A DNA stretch of 63,568 nucleotides, counting the filler, from Octopus bimaculoides (lineage: Eukaryota): the NCBI RefSeq assembly GCF_001194135.2. It is 4 parts of 3 records of this genome, joined end to end, with 100 filler letters (N's around TTAATTAATTAA, not from the genome) between each part and the next. Parts side by side here need not be neighbours in the genome. Positions count along the whole stretch, not along the records: positions 1 to 17,391 come from NC_068987.1; positions 17,492 to 34,734 come from NC_068986.1; 2 more parts are not named here. One strand, given 5' to 3'. The position numbers and the translations under genes were made by a program. Below the pieces are notes generated by a model. The model did not search any database. It was given only the letters and a program-made list of their open reading frames with translations, and was not told the origin of the DNA. This document shows, piece by piece, positions 12,156 through 23,672 of this stretch (position 1 is the first letter of the stretch; every line of letters begins with the position of its first letter).

Positions 12156-13442
12156 NNNNNNNNNNNNNNNNNNNNNNNNNNNNNNNNNNNNNNNNNNNNN
12201 NNNNNNNNNNNNNNNNNNNNNNNNNNNNNNNNNNNNNNNNNNNNNNNNNNNNNNNNNNNNNNNNNNNNNNNNNNNNNNNNNNNNNNNNNNNNNNNNNNNN
12301 NNNNNNNNNNNNNNNNNNNNNNNNNNNNNNNNNNNNNNNNNNNNNNNNNNNNNNNNNNNNNNNNNNNNNNNNNNNNNNNNNNNNNNNNNNNNNNNNNNNN
12401 NNNNNNNNNNNNNNNNNNNNNNNNNNNNNNNNNNNNNNNNNNNNNNNNNNNNNNNNNNNNNNNNNNNNNNNNNNNNNNNNNNNNNNNNNNNNNNACTTAT
12501 ATATCATGGTGATAACGCTTTTTTGTATATTTCTTATCTATTTCATTTGTTAAATTCGTTATATTTCATTTGTTTGCTTTTTGCTTTTGCTGATTGGTTG
12601 TTATTTTCATCCTTAACAACGGCAAATCGGGCGGCATTGAGATTCTTTTCTTTTTCTTTTCTGACGTGGGAGCGTGTTTTTAACTAGATGTTTGGACTTT
12701 CCTGTTAATCTCATTAAGGTTGTTTATTATGGTATGCTTATTTCGTCAAGATTTTTGTTTTGTGTCGGAATATAATTGTAAAATTTATTCGTTTGCACTA
12801 GATTAGGGAATTTAAATGATTTGCTTGTTTGTGAGTAAATTTAACTGTAAAACTAAATGGGGACATTTATTTATAGATGAATTAATGGCATTTCCTACTT
12901 GAATGAATTGGTGTGGCTTGTAGACGGAGTGTGTTAGACTAATTAAAGATTTTTTCTTTGAATAGGGCATTATCTTTACTTTTAATTATAATTCCTTACA
13001 CGCGTTCGTATGCATTGTTGTTGCCAATTTTTAAAATTTTTTTATGTGTAGTAAACTTCTAGTGTTCGTATGGTTGTCTGGTCTGGACTCGAACATTCTG
13101 TATTTTATTTTGGTTACTTTTGATGTTTACCATTAACGACAGCTTGCTATGGCTTGTTGATTATCTATTAAGCTGATTAAAGGGTTTCTATTCTTTTTTA
13201 TCTGTATAATTTATTGAAGGTTTCGAAGGGTGGTTGTTTGCGCGCGTGTATGTGTGAACGTGTGCATATATGCGCATGTGTGTGTGTGTGTGTATGTGCG
13301 TATGTGTGTGAGTGTAATGAACAGTATTTTTCTTGGATGTGGTTCTGTATTCTTATACATGCAAGTTTGTTGATGCCTTTGTTTTTGTGTTTGTGTCTGT
13401 GTGTGTGTATGTGTGTATGTGTGTGCACATGTATTCTTTCAT

Positions 13443-13652
13443 TCTTTTATTCTTTAACTGGTTTCAATCATTTGACTGCGGCCATGCTGGAGCACCACCT
13501 TTAGTCGAACAAATCGACTCCAAGACTTATTCTTTGTAAACGTAGTACTTATTCTATCGGTTCTACTTTTACTAAACTGCTAAGTTACGGCGATATAAAC
13601 ACACGAACATCGGTTGTCAAACGCTGGTGGGGGTACAAACACAGACACACAC
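13443..13652 (-). mobile_element. S1 SINE right half
   Basis: Reverse complement of the S1 tail and right arm. Confidence 0.85.
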
Positions 13653-13659
13653 AAATATA

Positions 13660-13920
13660 GGCGCAAGAGTGACTGTGTGGTAAGTAGCTTGCTTAGCAAC
13701 CACATAGTTCCGGGTTCAGTTCCACTGCGTGGCACATTGGGCAAGTGTCTTCTGCTATAGCCTCAACCCGACCAATGCCTTGTGGGTGGATTTGGTAGAC
13801 GGAAACTGAAAGGAGGCCGTCGTATATATATTTATGCATATGTGTGTGTGTGTATGTATGTATTTGTATATCTGTGTTTGTACCCCCACCATCGCTTGAC
13901 AACCGATATTGGTGTGTTTA
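13660..13920 (+). mobile_element. S1 SINE, 3'-truncated
   Basis: GGCGCAAGAGTGACTGTGTGGTAAGTAGC... through the microsatellite to GGTGTGTTTAA. Confidence 0.85.
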
Positions 13921-13921
13921 A

Positions 13922-14090
13922 GGAGCACAACCTTAAAGGGTATCATTCGAAAGAAATCAACCCCAGAACTTATTCTTAGTAAGCCTAATACTCGGTCTCA
14001 TTTGCCGAGCTACTAATTTACGGGGACGTAAACACACCAGCATCGGTTGTCAAGCGATGGTGGAGGGTGGACAAATACAGACACACAAAT
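13922..14090 (-). mobile_element. S1 SINE right half
   Basis: Reverse complement of the S1 right arm (CATCGCTTGACAACCGATGCTGGTGTGTTTACGTCCCCG). Confidence 0.8.
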
Positions 14091-14216
14091 ATATACAGAT
14101 ACATATTTACTTCGATTCCACCGATAAAATCTAATTATATCGCGTCTTCTCGAAGTTCCTAAATTCTCGCTGATAATATCAGAGATTCTAAAACGAATGA
14201 AGAAATTTGAATGATT

Positions 14217-14283
14217 GCATTGGTCCAAGTGTAGAACGCCTGTCATGTATACAGAAGATGTGAGTTCGAGTGCCACGAGCGGT
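14217..14283 (+). pseudogene. Degenerate tRNA-like sequence / isolated SINE head
   Basis: TGGTCCAAGTG A-box-like, CTGT/ACAG stem around a 7-nt loop, GAGTTCGAGT B-box-like; acceptor and T stems are broken. Confidence 0.3.
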
Positions 14284-14315
14284 TTTCGACTTTTCTATCC
14301 AATATTTATAGATTA

Positions 14316-14448
14316 AGTGAGCTGGCAGAAACGTTAGCCTTTCATCCTTTCGGAGTCGATAAATTAAGTATCAGTTGCGTACTGGGATCGATCTAATCGA
14401 CTGGTCTTCTCCCCAAAAATTTCGGGCCCTGTGCCAAGAGTAAAAAAG
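14316..14448 (+). mobile_element. S2 SINE with internal deletion
   Basis: GAGCTGGCAGAAACGTTAGC joined directly to CTTTCATCCTTTCGGAGTCG. Confidence 0.85.
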
Positions 14449-14464
14449 AATATTTACAGCATAT

Positions 14465-14665
14465 GCGAGCTGCCAGAGACGTTAGCACGCCGGGCTTAGC
14501 GGTTTTTCATCTGTTTTTACGTTCTGAGTTCAAATTCCGCCGAGGTTGCCTTTGCCTTTCATTTTTTCGGGGTCGATGAATTAAGTACCAGTTACGTACT
14601 GGGGTAGATCTAATCGAGTGGCCTCCTCCCGCAAAATTTCGGGCCTTGTGCCTAGAGTAGAAAAC
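14465..14665 (+). mobile_element. S2 SINE in tandem with the previous copy
   Basis: Full S2 module order; flanked by AATATTTACAGC at 14449-14460 and 14666-14677. Confidence 0.85.
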
Positions 14666-15089
14666 AATATTTACAGCTTATTTTTCTGAACATCGACTGC
14701 TTTGAATTACAACAAATTATTTCACGTTTACTCGACATTTGTAATTTCTTATGATATAAACAACCAGACAAAGGCTTCATAAGAAAACATACACAATAAA
14801 AAGAAATTCATAATGATTAAGAGGGTTGGAAACTTATATTTAATATAGTCTCTTATGATGAAAACAAATTTGTCGATTGTATGTTTTGTAATCAATACTT
14901 ACCTCGAAAGAAAATCATAAAACATTAAGAAAATTCATTTATAATTCTTCTGATAGATTGACGTCTTGAGTTTACTTGTGTTTACTGGGAAATAATAGCG
15001 TTATATTAAAGCAATTAATTATGAAATACTTGTATCAGTAAAATTTTATATTTCTATCTTCTTGAGCTGATGTAATGAAGTAATTGTGT

Positions 15090-15411
15090 GGACGCGTGGC
15101 TAAATGGTTACGATATTCGGCTCAAGATTGTAAAAAAGTTAGTTCGATTTCTGGTGGCCCTATGGGTCCTTGAGCAAGACATTTTATTTCCCGCTGTTCC
15201 AGTCCACTCAGCTGGCAAAAATGAGTAGTACCTGTACTTCAAGGGGGCCAGACTTGTCACGTTCTTTACCATGCTGGGTCTCTCTGAGAATTACATTAAA
15301 GGTACGCTTGTCTGTGGCATGGTGTGTCACTTGCGCGTTGATTTCTCGAACATGCTGTTCCATTAATCGGATCAGCTAGAATCCTCGATGTCGTAACCGA
15401 CGGAGTACCAG
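15090..15411 (+). mobile_element. S3-related SINE (different central domain, same tail)
   Basis: tRNA-like head, CCTTGAGCAAGACA...CAGTCCACTCAGCTGGCAAAAATGAGTA central module, tail CGTAACCGACGGAGTACCA. Confidence 0.8.
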
Positions 15412-15510
15412 TTTAATACAGTAATATTTCAGTTTGCTTAAGGCAGCGAGCCTTAATATATGTATGCATGTATGTATGTATGTATGTATGTATGTGTGTA
15501 TGTATGTATA

Positions 15511-16255
15511 AAATGTCCAGCAAATATATTCAATGGGCCGTAAATCAGGGAAGTCTTGAAAGACTGACATTTCCATGTTTCAATAAACAATGTTGAGATT
15601 GATGCATAATCTTCGTTCTTAGAAGATGTAAGAAATTTTCTCGGGAACCATGGAGCAGATAACTACTTTGAACTAACGGAGAACAAGCATCTTTCTTTCT
15701 ACCAAGCTGACTGTAATATGAGAACCAAAGTGCATTACCTCCCAAATCACTTGAATCGTTTCCCTAACAGCCCTAATGAACAGGCTCAACGATTCCACCA
15801 AATTTCAAGAACAAATGGAAGAAAGATAACAAGGACACTGGGATATCCTATATGATTGTAGATTACTGCTGGATCTCTAACATGATTATCCTGGATCAGC
15901 TCCTCTGAAAAGTCACTTTCTTGAGAAATCTGAGTCAATGAGCATTGATTGTATCAATTATAACTTTCTCTGCTTGTTTCACTATTATCTCATTGTATGA
16001 ATGTAATTTAATCATAAATAAACATAACCTTCTTGTATAAAGCCATTTTTAAAAATCCAAAACGCAACAACAATTTATGGCCATCAGTCCTTGGTGCCCG
16101 ATTGGTTGTATGCATAGCAATTCGAGAAATATCATATCTCGATTACTAGAGCTGATGGAGAAAAGCTGATGGAGAAAAGCTGATGGCATAATTAGAATCA
16201 GCGACCAAACTTGCCCTAAAATACATTCGATTTTGTTGGTTTTTCTAGTAGCTAA
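15511..16255 (+). mobile_element. Decayed DNA-transposon transposase C-terminus and 3' end (Chapaev3/CMC-like)
   Basis: Translates to IFNGP*IRE.LKD...RNFLGNHGADNY...CNMRTKVHYLPNHLNRFP...EQAQRFHQ..MEER*QGHWD. This motif string is from a transposase family I recall as Chapaev3; the superfamily name is less certain than the TE call. Confidence 0.7.
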
Positions 16256-17079
16256 ACAATTTATACAAAAGCTTTCTCATTGATCCCTATTGCATTGCAG
16301 CAAAATAATCTATTTTATTATATACCACATAAATGTATATTCCACAGAAAGTCTGTAAAACTAGAACTAACCTCCAAGATGGGCAACACAACATTGCGTA
16401 TATGTTTAGAATCACTTCAGCGTTCTCAAAACTCTAAAGTCCTTTACAAAATATATATGTCATCCTTTCCTCCTCTCCTAAATATAACGCCATGTAAAAC
16501 TAATGAATACGTTTCCATTTCACACGACAGCGTTGATAAATGTCAATGTTTCCGAGAAAGGAGAAACACTGCAATCAGGAAAGGTGAATCTTCTGAGAAC
16601 AATTGAATCCAGATTTTAAATTGCATTGAAAATCCACTGACATTTCGGAGTTTGTCATTGGGCTATTTACTTACAAAGGGAATAGTATTTCAATTGTACA
16701 TTGCAATGCTGGCAGAATATTTCATATGCGTGGCAGGGTGAAAAACAATCAAATACAGATTTGAAAATAAGAGAAACTGGTTTAAAGATATCTGCGTTTT
16801 CCGTCTACTTAATAACTCTTTCATGAATAAAAATAGCAGCAAGTGAAGAGCATTATAATTGCGTAACATTCTTGTCATCTAAAAGAATTGTAGACAGAAT
16901 ATAAAGCCTGTTGTCTCCCCAAAACACAAACATCTTACTATACGCTCGGATAACCTCACGGACATCTTTTATCAGGAGTGATGTTGCTATGTCTCACTCA
17001 CTCACTCTCTGTCTGTCGCTCTTTCTCTCTTCCTCTATCTAGTCATGTATATATATACAACTACATACATAAGTATATG

Positions 17080-17157
<78 letters not shown>

Positions 17158-17391
17158 CGTATGTATTTATGTATATATATATTACATTGCTACGGACAGA
17201 TACAGAACAGTCTCCAGTTATGGATACAATTCTACTGGGTTTCTTCTGTAGTGAAGTAAGTAGATTTTACATTAGACATCAAAGGTATTCTGCTTAGCAT
17301 TGCCAGAATAAAACTGAGAGTATGCCTCCGTTTGCTTCCACTTTGATTATTTGTACTTCATATAAACGCTATATAAGCGTAAATATATATA

Positions 17392-17491
17392 NNNNNNNNN
17401 NNNNNNNNNNNNNNNNNNNNNNNNNNNNNNNNNNNTTAATTAATTAANNNNNNNNNNNNNNNNNNNNNNNNNNNNNNNNNNNNNNNNNNNN
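17392..17491. other. Artificial 100-nt scaffold spacer (44 N + TTAATTAATTAA + 44 N)
   Basis: Identical construct at 34735-34834 and 59097-59196. Confidence 0.95.
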
Positions 17492-18066
17492 TGTGTGTGG
17501 TTCTGTATGTACAGCATTTGGCTGGCTTCCTAGTTTAAAAAGATACTACACAATATCAAATCATAAATATAACTTATACATACCCCCACACTTCGTAAAT
17601 GCTTTTTAGAGAGGCATGAACGTCACACGATCTCACAACGTACCATTCTATCATTTATACATGTATGGTTATTTGTCGATGTAAGAAGTTAATACAGTTT
17701 TAATAGGACTTCATGAGATTGGCTATTTTCCCAATCAGCATTTGACGTTCCATTTTACCTACACACGCGCCGCGCACGCGTACACACTCAAGCAAATACC
17801 TACATGAGTAAACGCATGCTTTCATCCATACCTACGAACATACAAGCAAACATTCATTTAAACATAACTATATTCACCTACACTCGAATATATATATATA
17901 TGTGTGTGTGTGTATGTACATGCATGCATATATATGTAGATATATTCATATATATATATATATGTAGATATATATATGTGAATATGAATGTGTATGTACA
18001 TATATATATATATATATATAAATACATACATACATATGTATATATATACATATATACATACATACA

Positions 18067-18099
<33 letters not shown>

Positions 18100-18363
18100 N
18101 NNNNNNNNNNNNNNNNNNNNNNNNNNNNNNNNNNNNNNNNNNNNNNNNNNNNNNNNNNNNNNNNNNNNNNNNNNNNNNNNNNNNNNNNNNNNNNNNNNNN
18201 NNNNNNNNNNNNNNNNNNNNNNNNNNNNNNNNNNNNNNNNNNNNNNNNNNNNNNNNNNNNNNNNNNNNNNNNNNNNNNNNNNNNNNNNNNNNNNNNNNNN
18301 NNNNNNNNNNNNNNNNNNNNNNNNNNNNNNNNNNNNNNNNNNNNNNNNNNNNNNNNNNNNNNN

Positions 18364-18401
<38 letters not shown>

Positions 18402-20107
18402 CTATACATATAGATACATACATATATATACATGTATATATATATATGTATGTATATATATATGAATATATATATATGTGTTTATACATATATATACACT
18501 CCTGGATGCATACATATTAAAATGCATAGAAACATAATAAGCACTAGCAGTAATTCTCTTAAATATTTATATATATATATATGATCGAGAAAGACAGAAA
18601 AAGAGAAAGACCAGCAGTCAGAGAGTATTACACGGACAGGTAGAGTGAGAGAGGGAGAGAGAGAGAATGAGAGAGAGAGAGGAGGAAGATAGAGAGGGCA
18701 AGAGGAAAATGAAATAGAGAGAGGAGAATGAAATAGAAATACAACCAAAGAGAATGTAGAATGTAGGGAGAGGAAGAGGAAGAGGACAAAAAGTAAATAG
18801 AGAGTAAGGTGAGAGAGAGAGTGTGTGTGTGTGTATGTCACAGTATAAATGTGTACATTTAGAAAATCTACTTGAAAATCCTGTTTCCCTTTGATACAAC
18901 ATATAAAAATCCATTTGTCATCATGCATACACGATGTTAGTTTAATGCTAATCTAAGCAAAGTTTTAAGTACTTACAACATTTAAGAGCCACCCTTAATA
19001 TGCATTAATCAAAGCCGCTGCACTTTAAAAGTTTTTACCTAATATCACCATATCCTGGCAACTTTCCCAACTACACTTTACGCCACCATCTTGCGCCGCG
19101 CCCACTCTCTTTCATTCTCTCCCTCTTTCTTTCTCTATCTCTCTCTCTCTCTCTGTTTTTGTCCCTCTCGCACTCTTTCGTTCAGTCTTTCTCGGTTTGT
19201 CCCTCGTTCATTTCTATCTCTCTCTGTCTGACTCTCTCTATCTTCCCCCTCTCTCTCGTTGGTGCATTCTCTTTCTATCTGTATACCTCCATATGTATAT
19301 TATTACATATTTTTCTCCCTTTAATGTACGCACACGCATAAACGCCCACATACATATATATACACATATATATATATATACGTATACATGTATACATATA
19401 TATTCCTATACCCACATGTATATGTACGCAAATATATATACATATACATATATACACACATATATATATATAAATATCTAACGCCTATATATATATATAT
19501 ATATATATATNNNNNNNNNNNNNNNNNNNNNNNNNNNNNNNNNNNNNNNNNNNNNNNNNNNNNNNNNNNNNNNNNNNNNNNNNNNNNNNNNNNNNNNNNN
19601 NNNNNNNNNNNNNNNNNNNNNNNNNNNNNNNNNNNNNNNNNNNNNNNNNNNNNNNNNNNNNNNNNNNNNNNNNNNNNNNNNNNNNNNNNNNNNNNNNNNN
19701 NNNNNNNNNNNNNNNNNNNNNNNNNNNNNNNNNNNNNNNNNNNNNNNNNNNNNNNNNNNNNNNNNNNNNNNNNNNNNNNNNNNNNNNNNNNNNNNNNNNN
19801 NNNNNNNNNNNNNNNNNNNNNNNNNNNNNNNNNNNNNNNNNNNNNNNNNNNNNNNNNNNNNNNNNNNNNNNNNNNNNNNNNNNNNNNNNNNNNNNNNNNN
19901 NNNNNNNNNNNNNNNNNNNNNNNNNNNNNNNNNNNNNNNNNNNNNNNNNNNNNNNNNNNNNNNNNNNNNNNNNNNNNNNNNNNNNNNNNNNNNNNNNNNN
20001 NNNNNNNNNNNNNNNNNNNNNNNNNNNNNNNNNNNNNNNNNNNNNNNNNNTATATACTTATATATATATACAGAAGCAACTCATGCTGACTCCTATATAT
20101 TTATGAT

Positions 20108-20140
<33 letters not shown>

Positions 20141-20763
20141 GTATGTGTGTATGTATGTATGTATGTATGTATGTATTTACGTGTTTCTGCATTTAGGCAA
20201 TACCTTATTTCCACAACTGTTGTCTTCCATCTTCGATTCTCCCCCGTCCTCTACCTGTCGTTCTTTTATTATTATTGTTATTTCTTTTTTTTTTTTTCGC
20301 AATCTCACTTCCACCTATTCTTTATAGCATACTAAACGTTTTGAATTATCCCTTCTCCCTCTCTTTTCATTCTCTTCTCCTCCTCTCTCTCTTTGTCAAT
20401 ATCTCTATCTTTCTCTTTTCTCCTATCAAGCCTCTTTACTCTCTTTTCATTTTTTATGCTTTCAAATATTTTCTTTTGGAACCGTTCAACTTTATCTTGC
20501 CCTCTTTCTCTCCATAGCTTCTCTCACCGTTCGTCCTTGTCTCTCTGTCGTCCACTCAGCTCTGATACCTTATCTTTAAATATTCTTTCCAGATAAATAC
20601 ACGCGCACGCGCATATGCACACACAGGCATACACACACACACACACAAACATGTGGTACGTTGCTATTTCTTTCTCACAATCAATCAAAATATCTAAGTA
20701 CGTCACCCTCTTTCACCCTCTCTCCTCTCTCTCTCTCTCTCTCTCGATATTTATATATATTAT

Positions 20764-20941
20764 TCTTTCATTTTGTTTTTACTCTTGTATTTGCTTCAGT
20801 CACTTGACTGTAGCAATGCTGGAGCACTGCCTTTAGTCGAACAAATCAACCCCAGGACCTATTCTTTGTAGGCCTAGTACTTATTCTATCGAATTCTTTT
20901 GCTGAACCCATAGCTTACGGGGACACATCAACATCGATTGT

Positions 20942-20982
<41 letters not shown>

Positions 20983-20995
20983 GACNNNNNNNNNN

Positions 20996-21039
<44 letters not shown>

Positions 21040-21192
21040 GACGTGCTTCTGTCAGTTTCCATCTACCAAATCCACTTACAAGGTTTTGGTCGGCCCGAGG
21101 CTATAGCACAAGGCACTCCTCCAAGCTGCCACGCAGTGGGACTGAACCCATAACCATGTGGTTGGGAAGCGCTTCTGATCACACACCTACTC
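20764..21192 (-). mobile_element. S1 SINE, full length, with internal (TA)n and a gap
   Basis: Tail 20764-20943, microsatellite, head 21038-21192, all reverse complement of S1. Confidence 0.85.
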
Positions 21193-22900
21193 ATATATAT
21201 ATATATTTGTGTGTGTATGTGTATGTGTATGTGTGTGTGTATGTGTATGTGTATGTGTGTGTGTGTGTGTATGTATATATATATATGTATATATGTGTGT
21301 GTATACACCCTCTCTCCCTCTCTTTATATACGCATGTATGTTTATACATCGTTCTATCTATCCATATGACGTCAGTATATCAGTCTTTCATCTACTCTTT
21401 ACTCCCTCTCTCTCTTCTCCTCCTCTCTTCTCCTCCTCTCTGTCCCCCCCCCTCTCTCTCTCTGTCGGTCACTCTCTCCCCTATATTTCTAAAAAGCCCC
21501 ATAAACTTCCAACCTTCGTTAGAATCCTTACTAGTAACTTATATCTACATCGTTAAGAACATGCCAAATCCACAGTAAGTTCCTTAACGAAGCGATAAAT
21601 AATGCTGTCATCTTGGATGTTTAGCAATGGAATGCAGTAAAAGAGTTCTGCAGAGATGGTGGATGTTAGCAGCCACTTTTGATCTACAACTTTCTATTAA
21701 TTAAAACTTTATTTATGCGAAACGATTCTTGCGGATATCAAATTTTGGAGATAATTTTTCGAACAGGAATCAAGGACGAATGACGTAGCGTATACGTTTA
21801 TAAATATGTGTTTGAGTGTGTGAGTATGTATGTCAGGACTTGTATATGTGTAAGAGAGGAGTGAATGATTGTATAGGAGTGGACGCATGCATATCTCTGC
21901 ATGTTTGTGAATAAGAGTGTGTCTGTGTATATGTACGCGTACGCATGCTTGTTTTGGGGAATATTTATTGTTGAAAATATACGGTGACTTGGTATAACAA
22001 ATATATATTTATGTGTGCGTATGTGTGTGTGTATATATGTATGTTTTACATAAATGAGGATTGTAAAGATAGCGCCGTTGGGAGTAGATGATGACCGATT
22101 TCCTGAGGTAGATGTATAAGCCGAAACCTGTCCAGTTCATATCCTTTCACTGATGCAGTCTATGTACAAATATCAATGATTATATTCGAGGGGGCCCTAA
22201 ATATTTTTCGGTGCCTTCTTTCTTTAGCATCACGGCCTGAACCTTGGGTGTATTTAGGGCAGTCCTTGTTTTGCAAAAATGGACTTCTTCTGGGCCACCG
22301 TTCCAACACCCCGCCACCATCACTCCCCCCTCGTCCCCAAGAAAAAAGAAAGCAAAAGAAAAAAATTAGATTATGCCTTTTCCGCAAACTCCACGCCATC
22401 ATCTGGAGTAGAGTCTATTCTTTTGGTTTCTTTCGAAAAGGATCTTTATAAAATTAACGAAACTACTTTTTTTTCTACTTCGCAGAGAACTCTTCCGTCT
22501 TTCCTACCCGTTTTCAGTCTAACTCTACGTTACTCAAACTAGACACATTTCTTCTAAAACTATAACTTTCCACTTCCCCAGGCTTTTCCTCCTGCAGACA
22601 TATATGTGCCAAATTTGAAAGCGCCTCCACTTGCTTCTGACCAACTATGACTACATCCCTTCCATTACACATTTACATTGTACATTAGAGCTAGCCTCTG
22701 TCCCGACCAATCTCTTTAATCTCTCTCTCCCTCTCTCTTTCTTCTCCTCCCCTTCTCTGTATGTATGTATGTATATATATATATATACATATATATATAT
22801 AAGAGAGTATTGTAGTTCGCTTGAAACATTGTGTATTGTTTGTAAAGAATAAAATNNNNNNNNNNNNNNNNNNNNNNNNNNNNNNNNNNNNNNNNNNNNN

Positions 22901-22947
<47 letters not shown>

Positions 22948-23002
22948 AGAGAGTATTGTAGTTCGCTTGAAACATTGTGTATTGTTTGTAAAGAATAAAA
23001 TT

Positions 23003-23207
23003 TTTTGAATGGTACAACAATGCCCTATAATACAAAAAAAATGGACTTGTAATTTAGTTACCTATAATCCGACTATATACTTGTTGTAATTTAGTTATCT
23101 ATAGTCCGATGTTATCTATAGTCGGACTATAGATAACTAAATTACAATAAGTATATAGTCAATTTTTTTTTTTTTTGTATTATAGTGCATTGTTGTTCCA
23201 TTCAAAA
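23003..23207. mobile_element. Foldback / long-palindrome element
   Basis: Outer arms TTTTGAATGG.ACAACAATGC.CTATAATACAAAAAAA and inner 39-bp arms 23071-23109 / 23122-23160 are near-perfect inverted repeats. Confidence 0.75.
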
Positions 23208-23211
23208 CTTA

Positions 23212-23490
23212 TTAATGATGCATCGTTGTCAAGTGGACAGGATCCTTAGTTCCGACACTTACAACGGGATTTATGCTCTTGGTATTGACCTCGTGTAAAA
23301 TATTCCTCATGCTGAGGCATAACAGTTTCACAGAATGCCTATTAAATATTCTCCTGTATATGTGAGTTACTGGAAAGTGTTTGTCTAGGAGAGACAAGAA
23401 TCTTTTAATTATGTTAGTTATGTTATTAAGAGAAAAGGGAGGGGCGAACCAAATAATTTTCCTTGTCCTATTTTTAGGTTGATTATTATT
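23212..23490 (-). mobile_element. Penelope-like element ORF fragment (post-RT linker)
   Basis: RKIIWFAPPFS...TNIIKRFLSLLDKHFP.THIYRRIFNRHSVK matches the WFNPP..S..HFP..KIFNRN motif region of PLEs. Confidence 0.8.
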
Positions 23491-23548
23491 CCGATTCATA
23501 TTAAAAGGGTAACGTATTACTTTATCTTTGAAGCCACTAGATCTATTA

Positions 23549-23615
<67 letters not shown>

Positions 23616-23618
<3 letters not shown>

Positions 23619-23672
23619 CACATCCGCCTTAGCGAAGGCGGGGGTAATGTTCCCAGTCGTGTTTGTTTGTCC
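23616..23672 (+). mobile_element. 5' end of a Helentron-associated (DINE-1/HINE-like) element
   Basis: Hairpin CCGCCTT-AGCG-AAGGCGG (23624-23641) followed by GGTAATGTT...GTGTTTGTTTGTCCG, the start pattern I associate with HINEs. Confidence 0.5.

Noticed and set aside
16280-16900. 108-aa and 62-aa ORFs after the Chapaev-like relic
   Set aside because: No motif, no consistent splice structure; within chance ORF length.
21523-21574. Putative 52-nt exon (SLLVTYIYIVKNMPNP)
   Set aside because: No homology recognised, and it cannot be chained to other candidates.
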